NCBI RefSeq assembly: GCF_000698785.1
Contig: NZ_CP007536.1
Coordinates: 120,001 to 152,000 of the forward strand
Origin: Nitrososphaera viennensis EN76
Lineage (GTDB): Archaea > Thermoproteota > Nitrososphaeria > Nitrososphaerales > Nitrososphaeraceae
Length of the DNA stretch: 32,000 bases
Direction of reading: 5' to 3'
The notes beneath the pieces are model-generated. The model made no database searches, was not told the DNA's origin, and saw only the letters and a list, made by a program, of their open reading frames with translations. A program made the position numbers and the translations under genes. This document shows, piece by piece, positions 1-7,293 of this stretch (its first letter is position 1; each line of letters starts with the position of its first letter).

Positions 1-742
1 GTGACTTCTTGATACCTTCGAATGATCTGTTGGTGCCTCTCTGGGGAGGCATATACTCGGACATGCCAAGTGACAAAACCTTGGTTGTAATCCCCGATAC
101 ATTAAGCGCGGGATGCTGGTTATCCGGGTAAACGGAAGGATGTATGAAGAAATGGCACATTAGCAGTACAAAGGTTTCAGGGCTCAGTAGGTTTAATGTT
201 GAATTAAAGGCAGGCAACTCTCTTATTGTCGGTAACATAGCGTCACCAATCAGCCTGTTGTATGCCATGAAAATCCTTATCGTGTCGACCCCCAGGGCTC
301 CCAAGATGTTAGCAACATAAAACGGCAGCGGATCCGGGCTTTGCCCGTTTATAACGACTAGGCGCACCTCTGTTTTCTTTATGTGCTGTTGTAGGCATTC
401 ATTCAGACCCTTGATCCATCGCTCTTTGGCCAGTTCAAAACCCTTGTCCGACGGCTCATCTCCCATGTAGTGGGCTACAACATCAGAATGTGTCTCAAAA
501 GTCGTCCGGCCGGCTAGCATAGGCACGAGGTTGTCATCCGGGTAGGCAGCCATTACTGGTAGGATGTCTCCCCTCAAGTGCTCAGGGACGAGCGGTACTA
601 TCTTTTGAAGCTCTGTCTCATCTGGCACAAGTTCCGGTTCACTAATGCGTCTTTCATGTATGAACAGGGCGGAGTCGTTGCTATACTGTGACAGTGCATA
701 GGAGAGAAGACGTTTGTCGGTGGACCGCCATAGTAATAGCAT
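1..742 (-). CDS. Hypothetical protein, N-terminal 247 codons only (ORF runs off the left edge); possibly a regulatory or sensor protein of the island
   Basis: Hand translation of the minus strand from ATG (complement of 740-742) stays open to position 1: MLLLWRSTDKRLLSYALSQYSNDSALFIHERR...KKTEVRLVVINGQSPDPLPFYVANILGALGVD...LLSPETFVLLMCHFF. It is absent from the ORF track because no stop lies in the window. A TATA-like tttaatataaa sits about 25 nt upstream on its strand. No methyltransferase, helicase or nuclease motif was recognised. Confidence 0.5.
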   Translation of the reverse strand, partial: MLLLWRSTDKRLLSYALSQYSNDSALFIHERRISEPELVPDETELQKIVPLVPEHLRGDILPVMAAYPDDNLVPMLAGRTTFETHSDVVAHYMGDEPSDKGFELAKERWIKGLNECLQQHIKKTEVRLVVINGQSPDPLPFYVANILGALGVDTIRIFMAYNRLIGDAMLPTIRELPAFNSTLNLLSPETFVLLMCHFFIHPSVYPDNQHPALNVSGITTKVLSLGMSEYMPPQRGTNRSFEGIKKS

Positions 743-780
743 AACCTCTTGGTCTTGTTCTTTATATTAAACTTTTCATA

Positions 781-816
781 AAATGACGTATTTAGTAATG
801 ACTAACTTCGTCATTT
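781..816. promoter_or_regulatory. Operator-like inverted repeat AAATGACG-N20-CGTCATTT in the divergent promoter region, with a third AATGAC copy inside the spacer
   Basis: Read directly: aaatgacg at 781-788 and cgtcattt at 809-816 are perfect reverse complements. taatgact lies at 797-804. The repeat sits between the minus-strand start at 742 and the plus-strand start at 855, next to the TATA-like tttatattaa at 761-770. Confidence 0.35.
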
Positions 817-854
817 AGAAACAGTTCTTAAGCATCGATCCCGCTTTACGCCCT

Positions 855-3800
855 ATGACACAAACCGCTGTCCAAAAGGCAGCAACTGAAACCATATCAC
901 ACCAAGTCAAGAGCAACGCTTCTCCTGAGATGAAGGTAGTTGATGAGATTACATCTGCAGTACTAACAGCTTCGATGTTTGACCACGGAAGAGATATCAG
1001 GTATGCAGGTATCACTGATGTCTTGTTCCCAGAGGGCTATACATTTGTCCGGCGGAAGCTGGGAAGGAATATCACCGTACCATCAGTGCATACAACAGAG
1101 TTCATCGTAGACGGGGACGACGGCGAGCTCGTGGTCGAGTTCCGTTTTATCCAGCCACGAATCCGCGGGCTTAGGCAGAAGTACCCGGACGGGAGGTGGA
1201 TCCGTTTATCCTCAAGACCATTTGTGCTTGATGGTAACACCTACCAAGCTGGGAACGAAGAACCATCGGAGAAAATGATAACGACTGGTCCACTGAAGTT
1301 AAAAGACCTGTTGTCAAAGAAATACAAGAAAGTATTCGCCGCCAAGAAGGAAAGGGTAGAAGAGCTCATCAAGGACAGCAAGGATAAGGCACAGGCAATG
1401 TTTGTCCGTGAGGTAGCCGAGTCAAAAATCGAGGTAAATGTTGCCTGTAGGCGGCTAGGCGACAAAGAGGGCAGGTACAAAGTCTCTATCAGGATCCAAA
1501 ATGTGATTCCAATAAAGCTCTCAGGGGTCAGGCCATATAATGCCGAGGAAGTGATGAAGAAGTCGCTTTTTGGCGCGTATACCTTAGTCAAATCTTCTAA
1601 GTGTACTCTGCTAGACACCGGCAATGAGGAGGCGATGAGAGAGTGTGCTAACCTGAGCACCTACCCTGTCAAATCCAGTAAGAGTTCCGACACACTTTTT
1701 TCTTCGCCGGTGATTGTCTACGACTATCCATGGTTCGAGCCCATCAACATGACAACCTCTCTGAAGGAGATAGTTGCCGACGATAAGACACTCCTATCCC
1801 ACATGCACCTGCTCGATAAGAACGAGGTCTCCGTACTGAAGAAGTCCGGCAAACTCGCGAAAATCCTAAAGGTATTCAGAGCACTTGCCGAAAGTACAGA
1901 GGGTAAGGTAGATCGTCTCTACCAATTCCAGTGGGACGCTATACAGAAATTCATCAAAAGCCTCCTAAAAGACGACCCCGGAGTATTGATTATCAGGGCA
2001 CCTACAAACAGTGGAAAGTCCTTAGTTTTCTACACCTGTTCTGTCCTGATATCAGTACTTAGGGACGACGTTAAAGGCACCGCGACCTTTATCACATTTC
2101 CGACGCGTGCGCTAAACTCCCAGCAGTTTAGCGAGATGGTTAGCTTCTTCTACCACTTGAACCAAGCAGGGATCAACATCAAACTTGGCCTGTACATGGG
2201 CCAAGAAGACGATGCTGCTGTGAAGATATTGAGCACACAGTACGTCAAGGAAGGCGACGAAATTGCCATCATCGAAAGGTGTCCGAACCCAGCGTGCCAT
2301 CATGACAAGATAGTGGCTACAAAACCGTCTGAGAATAGGTTAATACCGATGTGCGAAGAGTGCAAGACAACACTACCCTACATACTGCTGACTAATTGGG
2401 AGACTCAGGACTTTTGTCCGGAAGTAGTGGTCGGAACGCCTGACAAGATAGTAAACTCACTCACGCATAACGTATACACTCACACACTTTTCGGCGCGCC
2501 CTGTAAGAAATGTCCCAACTGTGGTAGGCACTATCCCCTCTGTCTGAAAGATCAGCGCGAGTCTGTTGCAAAGTGCAGGGGATGTGGAACGGCACTTGAT
2601 AACTCTACTATCACTAGGTCGACGCCAAGGCTTGTCGTCTTTGATGAAATACACACACTTACTGGCACACAGGGAAACTTACTCGGACACTTCCTCGCAT
2701 TACTCAAAACGGTCGGGTCGATCTATGACATACCCCGTGGTTTCTGGTATGTCGGTGCCACCGCGACAGTCGCTAACCAAGAGGAGCTAGTCTCGAACCT
2801 GACAGGTTACGAAAAGGATAAACAAACTGTCTTTCCTGAGAAAGAAGAGTTCCTAAAGAAAAGTGATGGCAGTGGCTATTTCGTTAAGAGGGATGATAGG
2901 ATAAGGCACAGGTATGTGATAGTAGAACCGCTCGGTGTAACCACAAGAGGGTCGGTGTCCCAGTTAACCAGCTCGCTACATTCATTCCTTGACAACGCAA
3001 GGAAGATGGAGGGGATCGTCAAACTCGAACTAGCAAAGAAAGGGCTTACCATAGACGAGGCATACGGCACACAGACAGTCTATGTCCTGCGTAAAGACGA
3101 CGGAAGGGACTTGGAGAAATTCATTCCCGACTTCGCCCATGGGACGGGGCTTAGGCGGCCTAAGGTCAAGTTCGGCAGCGGTGACCTATCGTCCTCACAG
3201 CTTGTCCAGCTTAACAGGGCGGTAAAGGAACACAGCCTTGATGTCCTACTAGTGACCCAGATCTATGGTCAGGGGGTAGACTTTCCGGGGCTCAATATAA
3301 TCCACTTCTTTGGGACGCCGCGGTCTTTTATCGAACTAGCACAAGTAGTTGGCAGGACTGGAAGAGGTGACGTGCCTGGCCTTGTACTACTACACCTAGT
3401 GCCGCAGATACCTAGGGACGAGTGGGTCTACCAGAACTTTAGGTACATGATAGGAGACCTTGAGGCCCACTACGAGCCAACACCAATCAATGTAGCCAAC
3501 AAGTATGCCATATCATTATCACTCCCTAATGTATTCCACACCTTGATTATGGCTAGGGCATATGAGGACCACCAGATGAGGTATGCAGACTACGTCCACG
3601 GTAGACTAAACACCGACAAAGCCCTACTCAAGGATATCTTGGAGGAGGCAATAGGGGTCTACGAGCGGCCTTCGATGACAGCGGTGGAGAAGAAGGAGTT
3701 AAGGACAATGGCGTTCATGAAAGCCCGTGAGATGATAGTAGACTTTGCCGGATCGAAGATAGAGACCATCAAACACCTGTCAGCGAAAGATGTTTTGGTG

Positions 3801-3911
3801 CCAACACTAAGGGAAAAACACAAGGTGATCCGCTACTCTGAAGCGGTCAGGTATTCGGCATTAGATGGTTTGAGTGCGTCAGGCGAAGACATAGTGGAGG
3901 CTGATGATTGA
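855..3911 (+). CDS. SF2 DExH-box helicase, DrmA-like (DISARM-type helicase), with a ~380-aa N-terminal domain of unknown function and a double zinc-ribbon insertion
   Basis: 1018-aa ORF. Helicase motifs in order: I APTNSGKS (nt 1998-2021), Ia PTRALNSQQ, II VVFDEIHTL (DEIH at nt 2643-2654), III GATATV, V QGVDFPG, VI QVVGRTGRG (nt 3342-3368). CxxC pairs CPNPAC..CEEC and CKKCPNC..CRGC lie between motifs Ia and II. The stop overlaps the next start (TGATG). A DUF1998 gene and then a PLD gene follow. Confidence 0.75.
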   Translation: MTQTAVQKAATETISHQVKSNASPEMKVVDEITSAVLTASMFDHGRDIRYAGITDVLFPEGYTFVRRKLGRNITVPSVHTTEFIVDGDDGELVVEFRFIQPRIRGLRQKYPDGRWIRLSSRPFVLDGNTYQAGNEEPSEKMITTGPLKLKDLLSKKYKKVFAAKKERVEELIKDSKDKAQAMFVREVAESKIEVNVACRRLGDKEGRYKVSIRIQNVIPIKLSGVRPYNAEEVMKKSLFGAYTLVKSSKCTLLDTGNEEAMRECANLSTYPVKSSKSSDTLFSSPVIVYDYPWFEPINMTTSLKEIVADDKTLLSHMHLLDKNEVSVLKKSGKLAKILKVFRALAESTEGKVDRLYQFQWDAIQKFIKSLLKDDPGVLIIRAPTNSGKSLVFYTCSVLISVLRDDVKGTATFITFPTRALNSQQFSEMVSFFYHLNQAGINIKLGLYMGQEDDAAVKILSTQYVKEGDEIAIIERCPNPACHHDKIVATKPSENRLIPMCEECKTTLPYILLTNWETQDFCPEVVVGTPDKIVNSLTHNVYTHTLFGAPCKKCPNCGRHYPLCLKDQRESVAKCRGCGTALDNSTITRSTPRLVVFDEIHTLTGTQGNLLGHFLALLKTVGSIYDIPRGFWYVGATATVANQEELVSNLTGYEKDKQTVFPEKEEFLKKSDGSGYFVKRDDRIRHRYVIVEPLGVTTRGSVSQLTSSLHSFLDNARKMEGIVKLELAKKGLTIDEAYGTQTVYVLRKDDGRDLEKFIPDFAHGTGLRRPKVKFGSGDLSSSQLVQLNRAVKEHSLDVLLVTQIYGQGVDFPGLNIIHFFGTPRSFIELAQVVGRTGRGDVPGLVLLHLVPQIPRDEWVYQNFRYMIGDLEAHYEPTPINVANKYAISLSLPNVFHTLIMARAYEDHQMRYADYVHGRLNTDKALLKDILEEAIGVYERPSMTAVEKKELRTMAFMKAREMIVDFAGSKIETIKHLSAKDVLVPTLREKHKVIRYSEAVRYSALDGLSASGEDIVEADD

Positions 3912-5665
3912 TGGCCATAGAAGAGACTACAAAGAATTACCTGCGCCTAACTGACTGGCAGGCTGTCACCAAGAGGTTCCCATCTTCAACGTTCGACTCA
4001 GAACAGAAGTCCTTCAGGGTAATGGCCTTCATAGGTCGCACATACGAAAACGAACAGATACAACGTAACCTAGCAAACATAATTTCGCGCATAGAATCGA
4101 GGAACTCTGGCATAAGCATACAACGGAGGTCGAGTATGACCGGGCAACCTAGCGGGCCAACTAGAACTAATGTACTAGAAGAGCTTGCAGAGGAGCTAGG
4201 AATAGACACTGCCGGCGGCGAAGATAGCAGTAGTACCTTAGTCCAGAAACTACCCTCACTTGTATTGCCGCAACAGGTGAAACTGATATTACCTGACGAG
4301 GCAAAGATAATGCTCTATCCACGCGGACTTAGGTGTTCTACGTGTAGTTACTACATCCTTCAGGTGGATATGGGCAAACACACAACTCTCCAGTGCCCCG
4401 GCTGCGGAAAGGACAAACTAAGACAGATCTCTAACCTGTTCTTTTGCAAGAAATGTGGTAATCAACACGAGATCACGCCGCCATTTACAGAGCCCGAAAG
4501 GGACGGACCACGTTTTCGTTGCACCAAGGATGGCTGCGCCTGCGCTGGCACAGGCCACCTGAAGTTAAAGCTTGAGAGACCCCTTTCAAGATCCAAGTGG
4601 ATATGCGACAAGACAGGCAACGAAGTTAGCCGCGTGATTTACTCTTGTCCCTCCTGTGCACGCTGGACGGGAGTGAGAGATCCTGCCCATATGAAGCTGG
4701 TGTCTACGACGGAGTCGTACATGAAGCCAATGACGTTTAGTACGGTATACGTGTCGGGCAACCTGGAGTTCAGTCTTGAGAATGCAGTCCCTACATGGAC
4801 GCTGAATGAAGCACCATCGGATGTCGGACAGACAATAAGGGAGTACGGAATCAGAGACGTACATCTGATAGATGACATAGAGTCCTTTACAGTAGTATAT
4901 GGCTACGCACCGTACGGTGATGAAGTACAACCAAAGACGTTCAAGTACAGGAACCCAGACACTAGGACATTCGAGTACCACGCATACACCACTATGAGCA
5001 AGGGCAAAGCGATCCTGGTACTATTGGACAAAGGAAGGGTTTGCAGGGTAGTACTGGAAGACTTGGCAAAGGAAGGAGCTGACGAATACACGCGTAATAT
5101 GGCCAAAGAATACCTGAAGACAGTAAATGAAGACCCGGCAGCAGCTTACACTTGGCTAGCCGGGCTGACAAGAAATGTCATGACCGCCCATACCGCAACT
5201 CCAGCAGCAAACACATCCTTGTTTAAACTACTACATTCCGTCGAACATGCCCTCACCCATCATGCTTCGCTCAGAACCGGGCTGGACGAATCGACATTTG
5301 TAGGCAAGGTGCTCGTGGACGACTGTGCTGTGCTCATTTACGAGCGGGCTCAAGTCGAGGCAGGCGGTGTAGAGTACCTAGCACGCCACCTGCTCGCCCC
5401 GTGGATAAGTGGAGCTGTAAGGCATGTCCGGGACTGCAGGTACGAGTGTGCCGAGGGCTGCGTCAAATGCCTGTATATCCAAGACCCTATGTGCCATCCG
5501 CTGCTACCGCGTGAAATTCCAGACACTTATTTGTTGCCTAACGCCCTGCTCAGTAGGAAACTGCTAGTGGACTTCTGGGGCCTTGTAGGTATCGCAACAG
5601 TAGTGGAAAAAAAGGTTACAGATTTCGATGTCCCGAGTGACACCGACGGGGAAGAGGAGGATTAA
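3911..5665 (+). CDS. DUF1998 / MZB (MrfA-type zinc-binding) domain protein, DrmB-like, with a cysteine-rich N-terminal half
   Basis: The ORF track starts at TTG 3908. ATG 3911 overlaps the upstream TGA (3909-3911). The C-terminal region LLHSVEHALTHHASL...CAVLIYERAQVEAGGVEYL...CRYECAEGCVKCLYIQDPMCHP matches the DUF1998 pattern: a conserved His-containing helix, an IYD/E..GG.G element, then a C-x3-C-x3-C-x2-C zinc cluster. The N-terminal half carries CSTC..CPGC, CKKC..CTKDGCAC and CDKT..CPSC. Confidence 0.75.
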   Translation: MAIEETTKNYLRLTDWQAVTKRFPSSTFDSEQKSFRVMAFIGRTYENEQIQRNLANIISRIESRNSGISIQRRSSMTGQPSGPTRTNVLEELAEELGIDTAGGEDSSSTLVQKLPSLVLPQQVKLILPDEAKIMLYPRGLRCSTCSYYILQVDMGKHTTLQCPGCGKDKLRQISNLFFCKKCGNQHEITPPFTEPERDGPRFRCTKDGCACAGTGHLKLKLERPLSRSKWICDKTGNEVSRVIYSCPSCARWTGVRDPAHMKLVSTTESYMKPMTFSTVYVSGNLEFSLENAVPTWTLNEAPSDVGQTIREYGIRDVHLIDDIESFTVVYGYAPYGDEVQPKTFKYRNPDTRTFEYHAYTTMSKGKAILVLLDKGRVCRVVLEDLAKEGADEYTRNMAKEYLKTVNEDPAAAYTWLAGLTRNVMTAHTATPAANTSLFKLLHSVEHALTHHASLRTGLDESTFVGKVLVDDCAVLIYERAQVEAGGVEYLARHLLAPWISGAVRHVRDCRYECAEGCVKCLYIQDPMCHPLLPREIPDTYLLPNALLSRKLLVDFWGLVGIATVVEKKVTDFDVPSDTDGEEED

Positions 5666-5673
5666 AGGCAGAA

Positions 5674-6534
5674 ATGGAACCTCAACAGGTATTCGATCTG
5701 GTCCGCAGGTCAAACGGCAAGACCCTCAGCCAACTCCTTACATCGGTCATACCCGCTGATAGAAGCTTAGTGGAGCTGCAGCTTATGATGCTCGCGAGGG
5801 ACGGGGTGATCGAGCTCAATAGGAAAGGAGGCGACGACTATTCAGTCAAGGTGAAAAATTTGCCTCGTGTGGGTAGTGTTATTGAAAAAAGAAAGGTCGC
5901 ACCGATACTGGATCACAGGGCGGATATTGTGGCTACGTTGCCTACATCATTACACAGGGGATCCAAAGAGCTTGGTCAAGGCGTAGCCACAACAGATAAA
6001 GTTTTCAGATCTCTGCTACGAGGTGCAAACAGGTATGTCAAGCTCTGTCTCCCATTCCCCGAAGAGGCTGTAGCTTCGTACTTTGCGGACGAAATAACAA
6101 ATCTAGCTAGGTCAGGAATACCAATGAGGATCATAACAAGGGAAGTATTTACAGAGAAGAATGGGACATCGTATGGTAACCTAGTAAAGGCATTGATGAG
6201 AGTATATGATATTTACAGGAGCTGCGGGGACGAGAGAAAGATCGAGATTCGAGACTTCCACATCGGTCTGAAGAGCAGAGGGTTCAACATGCTGCATTAT
6301 GAATCCGTCCACGCGAAAATAGTCTTGGCGGATGGCGTACAGTGCTACCTAGGTTCGGGAGAATGGCGCATCAATTCACTGTATAACAATTTCGAATTAG
6401 GTGTGGTACTGACTGGCGGGATAGTGAGCAGAGTCGAATCACTATATGATCTGGTATGGCAGCACGCCAAGCCCATAAAATACGAATTCTTAAGTAATAT
6501 GCATAGGAAATCTGGGAATACTAGTCAGGGTTGA
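5674..6534 (+). CDS. Phospholipase D (HKD) superfamily nuclease-like protein, DrmC-like, with an N-terminal winged-helix-like domain
   Basis: Starts 8 nt after the DUF1998 gene stop. There is a single HKD motif, HAKIVLADGVQCYLGSGEW (nt 6310-6375), i.e. HxK-x4-D-x6-GS, with E where the canonical N sits. The N-terminal ~60 aa (LSQLLTSVIPADRSLVELQLMMLARDGVIELNRKGGDDYSVKV) look like a wHTH. Confidence 0.7.
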   Translation: MEPQQVFDLVRRSNGKTLSQLLTSVIPADRSLVELQLMMLARDGVIELNRKGGDDYSVKVKNLPRVGSVIEKRKVAPILDHRADIVATLPTSLHRGSKELGQGVATTDKVFRSLLRGANRYVKLCLPFPEEAVASYFADEITNLARSGIPMRIITREVFTEKNGTSYGNLVKALMRVYDIYRSCGDERKIEIRDFHIGLKSRGFNMLHYESVHAKIVLADGVQCYLGSGEWRINSLYNNFELGVVLTGGIVSRVESLYDLVWQHAKPIKYEFLSNMHRKSGNTSQG

Positions 6535-6627
6535 TACATTTAGTGGAAATGAACACCGACTAGTTCGTCTGACTCGATGATATGTATTGAAGCATGGAAA
6601 AATTACGGATGGGTGGCCTACATTAGT

Positions 6628-7140
6628 TCAATATCCGATTATCATGATCCCTTTTAATGGCAGATGTAAGCGGCGGCTGGCATACAATGTATCAAAGTAC
6701 TTAATAACTGTCTCAAAATCTCCTCTTTTCCGATAGATCCTCCGCACTGCAATTACAAGATATTCAACATCATGCATCATACAAGCTTCAAATAGGTCTT
6801 TCAGAAACTGATTATTGTCTACCGCCCTCCCGGCTTCTATTTCTAAAACAGTTTTTGTTTCTCGGTTAAATCCATCTGCGTAAAATGATTTTTCTACCTC
6901 TCCATTTCTCCCAAATAACACTGGAACTAGAACCTTCGATGAACCAGCTTCTACCACGAAGCCTAATTGTTCTAAGTTTTCCTTAGCTATACTCATCACC
7001 TCATTGCTTTTGAGTTTCTTGTTAGAGGAGTCTATAGCAGCTTCACAGTAGATAAAAACACCAGCAACTTTACGTAGATGTTCTGGTGCGTTGTCTGATT
7101 TCGGAAAGTATATCCAGTTTACCAAACGCTCTGGAGGCAC
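6628..7140 (-). CDS. PD-(D/E)xK restriction-endonuclease-fold protein, BglII/BamHI-like catalytic pattern
   Basis: 170-aa ORF convergent with the PLD gene. It carries a D-x10-E-x-E pattern, YADGFNRETKTVLEIEAGR (nt 6835-6876), followed by QFLKDLFEA. This resembles the D..ExE/ExQ core of BamHI/BglII-type enzymes. The G+C is low, like the rest of the island. The assignment is from motif memory only. Confidence 0.45.
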   Translation of the reverse strand: MPPERLVNWIYFPKSDNAPEHLRKVAGVFIYCEAAIDSSNKKLKSNEVMSIAKENLEQLGFVVEAGSSKVLVPVLFGRNGEVEKSFYADGFNRETKTVLEIEAGRAVDNNQFLKDLFEACMMHDVEYLVIAVRRIYRKRGDFETVIKYFDTLYASRRLHLPLKGIMIIGY

Positions 7141-7221
7141 ACCATGGGTTAAATTGACTTTTATTAATGCATTATATCAGACCAAATTCCTGCCTTGTAA
7201 ATTAGATGCGGATCGGTCAAT

Positions 7222-7272
7222 TTGTTGCATATGATATTACACCTAGTCTCACTGCAACTTGTTATGCAACAG
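7222..7272. repeat. Inverted repeat TTGTTGCATA-N31-TATGCAACAG at the island/core junction
   Basis: Read directly: 7222-7231 pairs with 7263-7272 (9 Watson-Crick pairs plus one G-T). It lies between the response-regulator stop (7294) and the start of the 170-aa nuclease gene (7140). The same TTGTTGCA/TGCAACAA inverted repeat with a 33-nt spacer recurs at 10478-10526. Confidence 0.4.
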
Positions 7273-7293
7273 AATAACCATTTAATTAGTTGT

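Noticed and set aside
1732-1742. tRNA T-arm-like string GGTTCGAGCCC
   Set aside because: It lies inside the helicase coding frame (YPWFEP). No acceptor, D or anticodon arms can be drawn around it.
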